From NCBI GenBank assembly GCA_009692845.1, contig SHYK01000001.1, positions 438,359 to 502,358 on the forward strand: a stretch of DNA of 64,000 bases, given 5' to 3'. Positions 39,461-49,215 of the stretch are shown one piece after another. The DNA comes from Chloroflexota bacterium. Lineage in GTDB: Bacteria; Chloroflexota; UBA6077; SHYK01. Below the pieces are notes generated by a model. It was not told the DNA's origin and made no database searches. It was given only the letters and a program-made list of their open reading frames with translations. Position numbers and translations under genes: made by a program. Each line of letters opens with the position of its first letter. Position 1 is the first letter of the stretch.

Positions 39461-40537
39461 TTGAGCCAGTACGTCGTGATCCTGGCGGGCGGGAGCGGGA
39501 CTCGATTGTGGCCGCTCAGCCGCTCGCACTATCCCAAGCAGCTTCTAGCGCTGTTCGGTCAACGCTCCCTGGTCCAGGCTACCGTGGACCGAGTCGTGCC
39601 CATGATCCCCCCCGAACGCATTCTGGTGGTCACTGAGGCGAGCCATGCCGATCAACTCCGCAAGCAGCTCCCGGAGCTTCCCGCGGAGAATATCCTGGTC
39701 GAGCCGGTTCGTCGAGGGACGGCCGCCGCGATCGGCCTCGCCGCGATAACGATCTCCCATCGCGATCCGGGTGCTGTGATGGCCTCCCTCCATTCGGACC
39801 ATGCCGTTCAGGACGACGAAGCCTTTCGGCGCGCCCTCTCCGCGGCATTCGAATTAGCCGAATCTACCGATTGGCTGGTCACCCTGGGGATTCGGCCGTC
39901 GTCCCCGCATACCGGCATGGGGTACATCCAGGCTGGCGAGCCCATCGGTCAGTTTCACGGGCACGAGGCGTTTCGCGCCGTCCGTTTCGTCGAGAAGCCG
40001 GCCAGCGCCCAGGCCGAGCGGTTCATCGAACAAGGCTACGTGTGGAACCCCGGCTACTTCATCTGGCGGATTGAGGTCATCCTGGCCGCTTTCAAGACAC
40101 TGCTTCCGGATATGCACGCCGAGCTGATGGCAATCGGTGGTGCCCTAGGCACTCCGACCGCCGACCAGGCCTTGCAGGAGCACTATCCTCGCCTACGGGT
40201 CGAGACCATTGACTACGGCATCATGGAGCGCTCAGACCGAATCGCGACGATTCCGGCCGACTTCGGCTGGAATGACGTTGGCGGCTGGGGCGATCTCTGG
40301 GAGATCTCGCCCAAAGACGTTGACCGTAACGTTATCCACGGCGACTTTCTGGGGGTCGAGACCAGCGGATCGCTCATCTGGGGCTCGGCCCGCCCGGTCT
40401 TCGCGCTGGGCGTCGAAGACCTGGTGATCGTGGACACCCCGGATGCGCTGCTGATCGCCCCGAGGGCCCGCGCCGAGCAGCTCAAGACTCTCATCGAGCA
40501 GTTGCAGCAAGACCCGTCTAAAGTCGACCTGCTATAG
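39461..40537 (+). CDS. mannose-1-phosphate guanylyltransferase
   Basis: 358 aa. VILAGGSGTRLWPLSR, the GYI and WNPGYF motifs, and DFGWNDVGGW are seen. Confidence 0.85.
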   Translation: MSQYVVILAGGSGTRLWPLSRSHYPKQLLALFGQRSLVQATVDRVVPMIPPERILVVTEASHADQLRKQLPELPAENILVEPVRRGTAAAIGLAAITISHRDPGAVMASLHSDHAVQDDEAFRRALSAAFELAESTDWLVTLGIRPSSPHTGMGYIQAGEPIGQFHGHEAFRAVRFVEKPASAQAERFIEQGYVWNPGYFIWRIEVILAAFKTLLPDMHAELMAIGGALGTPTADQALQEHYPRLRVETIDYGIMERSDRIATIPADFGWNDVGGWGDLWEISPKDVDRNVIHGDFLGVETSGSLIWGSARPVFALGVEDLVIVDTPDALLIAPRARAEQLKTLIEQLQQDPSKVDLL

Positions 40538-40555
40538 GGTGACTGGACTGGCCGC

Positions 40556-41614
40556 TCAGGGCAGGCGGAGAATTTCGACCCAGTTCGGCCCCCGACCCAT
40601 GGCGTACCGGCCCAGTTCGTTCAAGCCGCCGGTTTCTTGATCAATAGCGTAAGCGGTTAGGTGGTCGGAACCCTGCCCGACGGCCAGCAGGTAGCGGCCG
40701 ATAGGGTCGATGTTGAAACCCCTGGGCGTCTTTTCCGTCGGGAAGCTATCGATCCGCTCCAGCCGTCCAGAATCGAGATCGATGCGGAACGCAGTCAGCG
40801 TACTCGTCGTTCGCTCGGATGCGTAGAGGAAGCGGCCGTCCGGCGTAACGTGAAGATCGGCCGCCTTGGGCCCGCCGTTGGTGCTCACACCGGGCATGCC
40901 AATCGGCGGTCCGCTGAAATCTGACGGAAGAGCCGGGATTGTCTGAAGCTCGCTCAGCGAGCCGTCTTCGGCGTCGTAACCAAAAACGTAGATGGACGCC
41001 TGGAGTTCGTTGAGGAGGTACACATGCCGGTTGTTGGGATGAAAGACGAAATGGCGGGGACCGGCGCCCTTCTCCACCTTCGTCGTCTCAGCCGAGCTGG
41101 TGTCAATCTTGCCGGTTACGTCATCGAAGCGCCAGCGTAGGAATACGTCGCCGCCGAGGCAAGGGACGAAAACGTGACGGTTGGCAGCGTCGATCTGGAT
41201 CGAGTGCGCGTTTGCGTCGGTGCGGATCACCTGGTGGGGCGGCTGGAGGACGCCCTGCGAACCGATCGGGCTGACACTGACGAGGCTGCCCTGGTATGAG
41301 GCGGCGAACAGCCAGCGCCCGGTGCGGTCAGTAATGATGTAGGGCGTGCTCTGGAGCAAAGGCGCGCTGGAAAGGTAGGTCAGCTCGCCGCTCAATTGGT
41401 CTACGGCGAAACAAGAGACCATGTCGGGTACGCGCTGCGCCGCGTAGAGAAAACGTCGATTGGGGCTGACCGCGAGCGGATTGAGCGCGCCCGAATGGCT
41501 CAGCCCGACGCGCTGTACCTCCGTGAGTGCGCCGCTCGCAGCGTCGAGGTCAAGGACGGTGATGTCCTTGCTGTCGGCGTTAGATACATATACGAACGTG
41601 CCTCCGATTGCTAT
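40556..41614 (-). CDS. YbhE/Pgl-type lactonase (7-bladed beta-propeller, 6-phosphogluconolactonase-like)
   Basis: The ORF track starts at ATG 41422 (288 aa). The same frame stays open for 64 more codons up to stop TAG 41617-41615. Those codons encode the expected first blade (TFVYVSNADSKDITVLDLD..SGALT...VSPNRRFLY). Downstream motifs GAGPRHFVFHP, LHVTPDGRFLY and PRGFNIDP fit the family. The start is probably ATA 41614 (see finding). Confidence 0.75.
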   Translation of the reverse strand: MAIGGTFVYVSNADSKDITVLDLDAASGALTEVQRVGLSHSGALNPLAVSPNRRFLYAAQRVPDMVSCFAVDQLSGELTYLSSAPLLQSTPYIITDRTGRWLFAASYQGSLVSVSPIGSQGVLQPPHQVIRTDANAHSIQIDAANRHVFVPCLGGDVFLRWRFDDVTGKIDTSSAETTKVEKGAGPRHFVFHPNNRHVYLLNELQASIYVFGYDAEDGSLSELQTIPALPSDFSGPPIGMPGVSTNGGPKAADLHVTPDGRFLYASERTTSTLTAFRIDLDSGRLERIDSFPTEKTPRGFNIDPIGRYLLAVGQGSDHLTAYAIDQETGGLNELGRYAMGRGPNWVEILRLP

Positions 41615-41702
41615 CTAGGTCCCTCATTTCCAATTGCGGCTGAGTCGCTCGGGGGTCGATCGGGTGGGTGCTTAGCGTCACTCAAAACTTCACTCCGAGG
41701 AC

Positions 41703-42671
41703 CTAGGCCCGCCGAAGAACTGGTTGCGGCCGGCGTCGACCGAACAGCCGGCCCAGCTCGCCGTTTTCCCAGATTACCAGCAGCATGCTGGCATTGAATA
41801 TGCTGGAATAGGTTCCCGAGGCGATTCCCACTAGCAGGGCGAGCACGAAATTTCGGATGGTGACGCCGCCGAAGAGCCAGAGAGTCAGAAGGGTCAGGAT
41901 TACGGTGATCGAGGTCGCCAATGATCGACCCATGGTCTGAGTCAGGCTGTGGTTCACGACGTCCTCGAATGGCTCTCCCTGGTACTTCACCAGGTTTTCG
42001 CGGATCCGGTCAAATACCACGATTGTGTCATGGACCGAGAAACCGATGACAGTAAGGACGGCTGTGATGAACAGGGCGTCGAGCTCGAAGCCCGGGAATC
42101 GACCCAGGATCGAGAAGACCCCCAGGACCACCAGCGCATCGTGGATCAACGCGAACACGGCGCAGGCGCCATACCGCCACGATTCTTTGATGTGGCGGAA
42201 CGCCCACCACAGGTAGAGCAGGATACCGCCGCAGGCGGCGATGACCGCCAACACGGCATTGCGCACGATCTCTGCCGCCACGATTGGTGAGACCTGGTCG
42301 AAGCTCAGCACGGTCAACGGGCCGAATCGCTCAGTTAGAACGTCCTGCAGGTGCTGCCGCCCGGAAATCGCCTGCCCGCTTTCAGTCGTCTCTCCGGACT
42401 CGGCTTCTAACGTCCGTGTCCGTACGATGTAAGTCCCGTCATCCGACCTTTGAATGATGGCATCGGGTTGCCCGAGTTCAGCGTACACCTGGCGCACCGA
42501 TCCTTGATCGGTGGACTGATCGAAGCGGAAGGTCATGATGGAGCCGCTGGTGAAATCGATCCCGGGTCGGAGCCCACCGGGCAAAGCGAGAGAGACCAGG
42601 CCAGGAAGAATGATCAGTGCAGACAGCAGGAAGAACTGATAGCGGCGCGCGATGAAATCGAAGTACTGCAC
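41703..42671 (-). CDS. secF: protein translocase subunit SecF
   Basis: 322 aa. PGIDFTSGS and FSVHDTIVVFDRIRE are seen, with 6 TM helices. Confidence 0.95.
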   Translation of the reverse strand: MQYFDFIARRYQFFLLSALIILPGLVSLALPGGLRPGIDFTSGSIMTFRFDQSTDQGSVRQVYAELGQPDAIIQRSDDGTYIVRTRTLEAESGETTESGQAISGRQHLQDVLTERFGPLTVLSFDQVSPIVAAEIVRNAVLAVIAACGGILLYLWWAFRHIKESWRYGACAVFALIHDALVVLGVFSILGRFPGFELDALFITAVLTVIGFSVHDTIVVFDRIRENLVKYQGEPFEDVVNHSLTQTMGRSLATSITVILTLLTLWLFGGVTIRNFVLALLVGIASGTYSSIFNASMLLVIWENGELGRLFGRRRPQPVLRRA

Positions 42672-42674
42672 GCG

Positions 42675-44135
42675 CTAAACCTGCGCGCCGATTGCTTCGG
42701 TCCGGGGCCGGTTGGCTGGCATGCCGAGATAGGTGGGATTCACGGTAGGCCGCCCGGCCATCGCCGCTTGGAGCAGTCCCCGCGATACGACGATCGCGCT
42801 GAACATGCTCACCCCCACTCCGATGGCCAGGGTGAGGGCGAAGCCCATCACGATGCTGGCACCGAAGTTCGCCCCGAAGGCGTAGAGGATTCCGCAGGTG
42901 ATGAGCGTCGAGATATTCGAATCCCGAATCGAAGACCAGGCCCGGGTGAACCCCGCGTCGATTGCGGCCCCCACGGTCTTCCCAGTCCGAAGCTCTTCTT
43001 TCATTCTTTCGAAGATCAGGATGTTCGCATCCACCGCCATCCCGATCGACAGGATGAACCCGGCGATACCCGCCAGGGTCAAAGTAACCGGAAGCAGCTT
43101 GAAGATGGCCAGCAGGAACAGCGTGTACACGAACAAAGCTGAAACCGCGACGATGCCAAGGACTCGGTAATAGAGCAGCATGAATGCGGCCACGATGATG
43201 AGACCGATTTCACCGGCCACGACGCTCTTGCGCACCGAGTCTTCGCCCAGAGTGGCGTTGACGGTGCGCTCCTCCTGGATGCTGACCGGAAGGGGCAGCG
43301 CACCTGCGTTCAGCTGAATCACCAGTGCCCGGGCCTCGTCGAGTGTAAAGCTACCCGTGATCCGCCCCTGGTCGCGGATTGTCTCCTGCACGGTCGGGGT
43401 CGTGATCGGATTGCCGTCCAGGAAAATTCCGAGCTGCTTGCCTTTGAGGCGGGTGGTGACCTGCCCAAACATCGAAGCGCCATCGCTATTGAACTGGAAG
43501 AGAATCTCGGGCTTGCTGGTGTTCTGCTCGAAGCCGACCTCGGCTTTCTTGAAATAGGCGCCAGTTAGCTCTGTGTCGACTCCGTTAAGCGGGGCGACCG
43601 CCAGTATCCATTCCTGCTTGCCCTCAACAGTCTTCTGCTCCCGGAAGTCGAGCTGGGCCGTTTTCCCAATGAGGTTCTTGGCCTCTTCGATGTTTCGGAC
43701 GCCTGGCAGGTCCACGATGATCCGATCCGTACCCTGGCGCTGGACGATTGGCTCGGCGACGCCGTAGGCGTTGATACGCCGCTCGATGATGCTGAGCGCG
43801 CCCTCGACGGCGGCGTTCTTGTCGCTGTCGGCGGGCAGCCTGCTGGTGTCTGCCTGGAGGATCAGATGAGTCCCGCCCTGCAGATCCAACCCTAGACGGA
43901 AACCCTGACGGTCGAAGCGGAAGCCGAGAAAATCGATGTGGAGGCCCGCGCTTCCGGGCAGCGGGAGGACTTCCGGAACGTAGTTTGAAGGCTTCTGCGG
44001 CCATATGACCAATAACGATGTGACGGTCAGCGCCGCCACGGCCAAGAGAAACAGATTGTTACGACGGTCGCTCGTAGCCGCCTCCTGGAGAAAAGTTTCG
44101 GGGGAGTATAGGGGCCGCCGGGCCGGCTGGGCCAT
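42675..44135 (-). CDS. secD: protein translocase subunit SecD
   Basis: 486 aa. LGLDLQGG, a periplasmic domain, and GMAVDANILIFERMKEE are seen. It lies immediately upstream of secF. Confidence 0.95.
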   Translation of the reverse strand: MAQPARRPLYSPETFLQEAATSDRRNNLFLLAVAALTVTSLLVIWPQKPSNYVPEVLPLPGSAGLHIDFLGFRFDRQGFRLGLDLQGGTHLILQADTSRLPADSDKNAAVEGALSIIERRINAYGVAEPIVQRQGTDRIIVDLPGVRNIEEAKNLIGKTAQLDFREQKTVEGKQEWILAVAPLNGVDTELTGAYFKKAEVGFEQNTSKPEILFQFNSDGASMFGQVTTRLKGKQLGIFLDGNPITTPTVQETIRDQGRITGSFTLDEARALVIQLNAGALPLPVSIQEERTVNATLGEDSVRKSVVAGEIGLIIVAAFMLLYYRVLGIVAVSALFVYTLFLLAIFKLLPVTLTLAGIAGFILSIGMAVDANILIFERMKEELRTGKTVGAAIDAGFTRAWSSIRDSNISTLITCGILYAFGANFGASIVMGFALTLAIGVGVSMFSAIVVSRGLLQAAMAGRPTVNPTYLGMPANRPRTEAIGAQV

Positions 44136-44170
44136 TTTGCTCCGCTATACTGCACTGACCGGAGGCACTG

Positions 44171-44551
44171 GTGAGAGTCAGCTATACCCGCGGCGTGGTA
44201 CTCGGCCTCGCCCTCGGCGGCTGGGCCGTCGCGCTGATCGTCGTGTTTGCCTGGCCGGTCAGCCCCACCACTCAAGCCGTGTTGTACGCGGCCGGCTTCG
44301 CCGGCTTGTCCGGAACCTGGGCGCTGCTGCGGGAGAGCTACTATCTCCGAAGATCTGCCGAGGGCGTCAACCCACCGACCGCGATCGGACTATTGGGGAG
44401 CGGGATGCGGTTTGCCACCGCGGTCGAGTTTGGACTCTGGCTGCAATCATTGCGGATGCTGACCACGGTCTATGTCATCTTGCTGGTGGTGAGCTACTTG
44501 TTCTTGGAGTACTTGTTCCGGTCCGCCGAAACCCGTCAGGTGGGCGCGTGA
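44171..44551 (+). CDS. hypothetical membrane protein (4 predicted helices)
   Basis: 126 aa. The SD is GGAGG plus 5 nt plus GTG. Its stop overlaps the pyrF GTG (GTGA). Confidence 0.5.
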   Translation: MRVSYTRGVVLGLALGGWAVALIVVFAWPVSPTTQAVLYAAGFAGLSGTWALLRESYYLRRSAEGVNPPTAIGLLGSGMRFATAVEFGLWLQSLRMLTTVYVILLVVSYLFLEYLFRSAETRQVGA

Positions 44552-45396
44552 ACGCGAACGCGCGGCCTTTCCAGGAGCGGCTCCGAAACGCACAGCTCCA
44601 GAGTGGCAGCGCCCTTTGTGTCGGTATCGATGTCGACCCCCGGCGCCTGCCCGAGGGTCTCGCGCCCGACCGTCGGGGCATCGAGCAGTTTATTCGGGGC
44701 ATCATCGAGGCGACCGCCGATCTGGTTTCCGTTTACAAGCCCAACCTCGCCTTTTTTGAAGCGCTGGGAGACGACGGCCCGCCGCTGGTGCGATCCACTT
44801 TGGCCGCCATCCCGGATTCCGTACTCTCGATTGGGGACGCTAAACGTGGCGATATCAGCACGACCGCGGAGCGGTATGCCACCGCGCTCTTCGAAGTCTT
44901 TGGATTCGATGCCGCTACCGTCAACCCATACCAGGGTTGGGACAGTGTTGAGCCTTACATTCGAGACCCCAGTCGAGGTGCGTTCCTCCTCTGCAAGACC
45001 TCCAATCCCGGAAGCGTCGATTTTCAAGACTTGCTCTGTGAGTACCAAGGCCAGCGCCTGCCGCTTTACGAGGTGGTCGCCCGTCGCGCCGTGGAATGGG
45101 CAGGGGCCGGAAATGTGGGTCTGGTGGTCGGGGTGACCTACCCAGAGGATTTGAGCCGGATGCGTCAGGTGGCGACTGACCTCCCGATCCTTATTCCCGG
45201 GGTGGGTGCGCAGGGCGGTGAGGCCAGCGAGGCACTTGAGCGGGGCGCGCGGCCCGACGGTACGCTCGCGATCGTAAGCGTAAGCCGTCAGGTCCTTTAT
45301 GCGTCGAGCGGCGCCGACTGGGCTGCGGCCGCCCGCGCCGAGGCGCTCAAGCTGCGCGACGCACTGCGGGTGCCGGCTCCCTCAGCTTCCGGTTAG
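44548..45396 (+). CDS. pyrF: orotidine 5'-phosphate decarboxylase (long type 2)
   Basis: The frame is ORF 44005..45396. The upstream 181 codons overlap secD and the membrane ORF, so they are rejected. From GTG 44548 the protein reads FQERLRNAQLQSGSALCVGID, followed by YKPNLAFFE and IGDAKRGDI. Confidence 0.9.
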   Translation: MNANARPFQERLRNAQLQSGSALCVGIDVDPRRLPEGLAPDRRGIEQFIRGIIEATADLVSVYKPNLAFFEALGDDGPPLVRSTLAAIPDSVLSIGDAKRGDISTTAERYATALFEVFGFDAATVNPYQGWDSVEPYIRDPSRGAFLLCKTSNPGSVDFQDLLCEYQGQRLPLYEVVARRAVEWAGAGNVGLVVGVTYPEDLSRMRQVATDLPILIPGVGAQGGEASEALERGARPDGTLAIVSVSRQVLYASSGADWAAAARAEALKLRDALRVPAPSASG

Positions 45397-45400
45397 TCAG

Positions 45401-45667
45401 GTGGCACCGCCAGTCGATTTTCACATCGGCGATGTCATCCGTCTCCGTAAGCCGCATCCCTGCAAAGGATTCGATTGGACTGTGGTCCGAATTGGGGCCG
45501 ATATCGGTCTTCACTGCACGACCTGTGGCCGCCGGGTGCTGCTGTCCCGAAGCGTCGTTGAGCGGAGGCTCAAGAGCTTCGTGGCCCGCCCCGACTTCCA
45601 CGAGCCCTTCGACGGAGCTGATGCACTTCGGGGTCTGGAACCGCTGGCTCCGCCAGGTGCGGAGTGA
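45401..45667 (+). CDS. DUF951-family small protein
   Basis: The frame is ORF 45299..45667. From GTG 45401 the protein reads IGDVIRLRKPHPCKGFDWTVVRIGADIGLHCTTCGRRVLL, the DUF951 pattern. Confidence 0.7.
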   Translation: MAPPVDFHIGDVIRLRKPHPCKGFDWTVVRIGADIGLHCTTCGRRVLLSRSVVERRLKSFVARPDFHEPFDGADALRGLEPLAPPGAE

Positions 45668-46983
45668 GCGCGACCCAGCTAGGACCGCAGTCCGATCGTG
45701 CGCTCTGGCGGAATGGCGCCTTCGTCAGGCTTTGGATCGCTCAGGGGATCAGCCAGACCGCCCAAAACGCCGTCTGGTATGGCCTGCTGGTCCTTGTGGA
45801 GGAGCAAAGCCACTCCAGTACCCAACTCGGCATCACTATTCTTTCCGTGATCATCCCGTCAATCCTGTTCGGCGTCCCGGCTGGCGTATACGTGGATCGC
45901 TGGGACAAGCGCCTGGTGTTGATCGCGACGAATCTCGCCCGGGCGCTCATTGTCGCCAGCTACGTGGTGCTCAATTCTGTGCTGATCCTCTTATTCGCGG
46001 TCAGCTTCTTGTTCTCGGTGGTCAGCCAATTTTTTGGACCGGCCGAGCTTGCTGCAATTCCGTTCTTGGTCGGACGGCGGAGGCTCATGGAGGCAACCTC
46101 CCTCTTCCATTTGACCTTCACCGCGTCCCAGGTGATGGGGCTGGTCTTCTTGGGCCCGCTAATTGTGAAGCTGCTTGGACCCCAGACATTCTTCGTGGTC
46201 GCAGCTGGCTTGTATGGCGTCTGTACCGCTCTGGTGTGGGCCCTCCCCGCGCAACCTGCCGATCCAGCCGAAGACGGCGGACGGAGCCCGGTAGGCGAAG
46301 TTCTGGCCGAACTCCGAGAAGTGTCCGACCTCCTGCTGGGTGACCGCACGATGCTGTGGTCGATGGCCTACTGGACGGTCGGCGTTGCCATCACGCTCAT
46401 GGTGGCAATGATCGCCCCCCGGTTTGTAGTCGACGTGCTTGGAATGACCGCCGCGGACACGGTCTTCATCGTGGGACCGGGCTTCGGCGGAACAGTGCTA
46501 GCCGCGGCGCTGCTGACTCGCTCCGGTCCGGGAGACTGGGGAAAGCGCCACGCCCTTATCACCGGGGGCCTGCTGGTCGTGGCCTTCGCGCTCGCCATGA
46601 TCGGAGGGATTCCGTTGTTCGCGCGGGCGGTCGGCGTCCTGCGGCCGGAGGGCGTCGGGCTGGATATGCTGAGCGGCGGGGAGTTGCTGGTGGCCGGCGG
46701 AGTGATGCTCTCCACCTTTGTGGCTGGGTTGGGTTTCACCGCAGTCATGGTTGCCGCGCAGACATCACTTCAGGAGCGAGCGCCAGAAGACGCTCGGGGC
46801 CGCATATTTGCGGTTCAGCTGATGCTCGGCAACCTCTTTTCGGTGATTCCGCTGCTGTTCTTTGGCGGTGTGGCGGACCTGATCGGGGTTAGCCGGGTCA
46901 TGTTGGTGATGGGAGGCGCGGTTGGCTGCGTGGCGGCAGTTGGCCGCCGCTTCGCCCCCCGCTATTCCGAGTCGCACGGTTGA
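45664..46983 (+). CDS. MFS transporter
   Basis: 439 aa, about 12 TM helices. The GVYVDRWDKR loop motif is present. The GTG start overlaps the upstream stop (GTGA). Confidence 0.85.
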   Translation: MSATQLGPQSDRALWRNGAFVRLWIAQGISQTAQNAVWYGLLVLVEEQSHSSTQLGITILSVIIPSILFGVPAGVYVDRWDKRLVLIATNLARALIVASYVVLNSVLILLFAVSFLFSVVSQFFGPAELAAIPFLVGRRRLMEATSLFHLTFTASQVMGLVFLGPLIVKLLGPQTFFVVAAGLYGVCTALVWALPAQPADPAEDGGRSPVGEVLAELREVSDLLLGDRTMLWSMAYWTVGVAITLMVAMIAPRFVVDVLGMTAADTVFIVGPGFGGTVLAAALLTRSGPGDWGKRHALITGGLLVVAFALAMIGGIPLFARAVGVLRPEGVGLDMLSGGELLVAGGVMLSTFVAGLGFTAVMVAAQTSLQERAPEDARGRIFAVQLMLGNLFSVIPLLFFGGVADLIGVSRVMLVMGGAVGCVAAVGRRFAPRYSESHG

Positions 46984-47007
46984 CCCTTTAGCCGAACGCC
47001 GTTGGTG

Positions 47008-47712
47008 TCAGGCGGGCGCTCCGGCTAGGTCAAGTTCAGCAAAAGACGGGGTTAGCGAGAAGCGCCGAGCAAGCTCGATGGCGGCATATTCCCCAACTTC
47101 GCGCAATGGTGGAATGCGCCCCCCACATTGGGCGATCGAGGTAACGTCGTCGCTGAGGCCGCACGGCTTGATCAGACGAAAGGGCGCCAGGTCCGGGGCA
47201 ACGTTAAGCGCGAAACCGTGCCAGCATACCCCGCGGTGGACGGCCAATCCGATGAAGCCCAGTTTGGCCAGGCCCGCCCAGACGCCTGGCTGACGGGGAT
47301 CGGTGCGCGTCTCCACGCTGAGGCCGGCCGAGACGCAGATCAGCGTCTGCTCGATGTCGTCGACCATCTGACAGAGGCTCGGAGCAATCGAGCGGACCCG
47401 CGCGATGAGATAGCCAACCAGTTGCCCGGGTCCATGGTAGGTGGCTTTTCCGCCTCGCTCGGATTGATGGACGCGTATCCCCAGCGATGAAAAATGGCTG
47501 GCGGGAACCAACAGGTCACCTGCCTCGCCCCGACGGCCGAGCGTTATCACCGGTTGATGCTCGAGGAGCAATAGCGTAGGCGGTTCGAGCCCAGCGGCGA
47601 CGTCGTCCCGCAGGCGTCGTTGAAGTGTTTGCGTCGCGTCGTAACTGCGGGTGCCCAGCCATTCGACTCGCAACATCGTTGATCTGGCGCCGGCTTCGCC
47701 ATGGGCGCTCAT
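47008..47712 (-). CDS. lipB: lipoyl(octanoyl) transferase
   Basis: 234 aa. PVITLGRRG and SERGGKATYHGPGQLVGY are seen. ATG 47712 overlaps the lpd stop (ATGA); ATG 47676 is an alternative start. Confidence 0.9.
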   Translation of the reverse strand: MSAHGEAGARSTMLRVEWLGTRSYDATQTLQRRLRDDVAAGLEPPTLLLLEHQPVITLGRRGEAGDLLVPASHFSSLGIRVHQSERGGKATYHGPGQLVGYLIARVRSIAPSLCQMVDDIEQTLICVSAGLSVETRTDPRQPGVWAGLAKLGFIGLAVHRGVCWHGFALNVAPDLAPFRLIKPCGLSDDVTSIAQCGGRIPPLREVGEYAAIELARRFSLTPSFAELDLAGAPA

Positions 47713-49136
47713 GGGGCACGCCCCGGAGCACTTGAACGACTGCTTGATCGGGATGGAACGTGAATCGGAGTGCCCAGCGCCGCCCAGGCGGCTTCCATCA
47801 GCGCCTCCGAAAAAGTTGGATGTGCATGGATGGTGTGGGCGAGATCGTGCAAAGTTGCCCTGAGTCGAATCGCCAGGGTGGCCTCCGCAATGATCTCGCC
47901 GGCCCGCTGCCCGATGATGTGCACCCCGAGAATCTCCTGCGTGTCCTGACGGGCGATGATCTTCACGAAGCCCACGGCCTGGTCCGCTGCCACCGCTCGT
48001 GGGCTAGCTGCGAACGGGAATCGCCCCACGCTGACTTCGAGCCCGGCGTCCCTGGCCTGGGTTTCCCCCCAGCCCACACTCGCAATTTCGGGGTCGGTGA
48101 ACACCACGCTGGGCACCGCCCGGTCGTCGAATGGCTCGCCACTCCCGCCAATCGTTTCCGCCGCCACGATGCCCTGGTGCGAGGCGGCATGGGCGAGCAG
48201 GTACTGCCCCGTCACGTCGCCGACGGCGTAGATGTTGGGGACGTTGGTGCGCATCCTATCGTCAGTCGGAATCCCCCCCGGGTTGGCCTCAACCCCGGCC
48301 GCTTCGAGGTTCAGGCCTTCGACATTAGGTCGGCGGCCGGCTGCCAGCAGGACGATGTCGGAAGCCAGGCTCTCCTCGTGGTTTTCTACGAGAACCTGGG
48401 TCCGCAGACCGCCCCCATCCGGGCTGATACCCTGGATGCGGGCCCCTACTCGATAGGTGATCCCTTTTCGATTCCAGGATCGGCCGAGCTCTCGGCTGAT
48501 CTCGGGATCGGCAGTTGGCAGCAGCCGAGGCTGTATTTCCAGAACCATGACCTCGGCGCCCAGCGCACGCCAGATCTCCGCCCATTCCACACCGACCGCA
48601 CCGGCGCCGACGACAACCGCGCGGCGGGGACAGCTCTCTAGGCGCAGAGCGCCGTCACTGTCGATTACGCCTGGGCTTTCGATTCCGGGAATCGCCGGAG
48701 TCGAGGGGCGTGAGCCGGAGGCGATGATCAAATTCTTGAAAGTAAGGGCGCTGGTCTCGCCGGAGCCGGTAACCTCGACAGTGGCGGAGTCCCGCAGCCG
48801 CGCGTCGCCCTTGATCACCTGAACGTTGCGCAGGAGGTTGCCCACCCCCGTTCTCAACTGGTCAACCGACTCATCCCGTTGCCGCACTAATCCGGCATAG
48901 CTGACCTCGACAGCGGCGCAGGTCACCCCGAACCGCGTCGCCTGACGGCAGGTGTCCAGGATCTCCGCACCCCGCAGCATTGCCTTGGACGGGATACATC
49001 CCCGATTCAAGCAAATGCCTCCCAGGGCATCTCGCTCGACGATCGCGGTGGAAAGGCCCAGCTGGGTCGCCCGGATGGCCGCCACGTATCCGCCCGGGCC
49101 TCCGCCCACGATGACCACGTCATAGGATTCCGGCAT
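47709..49136 (-). CDS. lpdA: dihydrolipoyl dehydrogenase
   Basis: The frame is ORF 47709..49325. ATG 49136 follows a GGAGG SD and gives MPESYDVVIVGGGPGGYVAA. GGICLNRGCIPSK is the redox disulfide, and the C-terminal HAHPTFSE is present. Confidence 0.93.
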   Translation of the reverse strand: MPESYDVVIVGGGPGGYVAAIRATQLGLSTAIVERDALGGICLNRGCIPSKAMLRGAEILDTCRQATRFGVTCAAVEVSYAGLVRQRDESVDQLRTGVGNLLRNVQVIKGDARLRDSATVEVTGSGETSALTFKNLIIASGSRPSTPAIPGIESPGVIDSDGALRLESCPRRAVVVGAGAVGVEWAEIWRALGAEVMVLEIQPRLLPTADPEISRELGRSWNRKGITYRVGARIQGISPDGGGLRTQVLVENHEESLASDIVLLAAGRRPNVEGLNLEAAGVEANPGGIPTDDRMRTNVPNIYAVGDVTGQYLLAHAASHQGIVAAETIGGSGEPFDDRAVPSVVFTDPEIASVGWGETQARDAGLEVSVGRFPFAASPRAVAADQAVGFVKIIARQDTQEILGVHIIGQRAGEIIAEATLAIRLRATLHDLAHTIHAHPTFSEALMEAAWAALGTPIHVPSRSSSRSSAPGRAP

Positions 49137-49215
49137 CAAACCTCCGCTGGGTCCGAGGGAATGGTAAAAATGTCTGCGCGCAACGAGCCGGGCTCCGAGC
49201 CCAAAGGAACAGGAT

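Noticed and set aside
41396-41797. A plus-strand 133-aa ORF across the lactonase/secF junction.
   Set aside because: It is antisense to the conserved first blade of the lactonase and to the secF 3' end, and it has no motif support.
44005-44547. A 181-codon N-terminal extension of the pyrF ORF.
   Set aside because: It overlaps the secD 5' end on the opposite strand and the 126-aa membrane ORF. The PyrF homology begins only at GTG 44548, which overlaps the preceding stop (GTGA).
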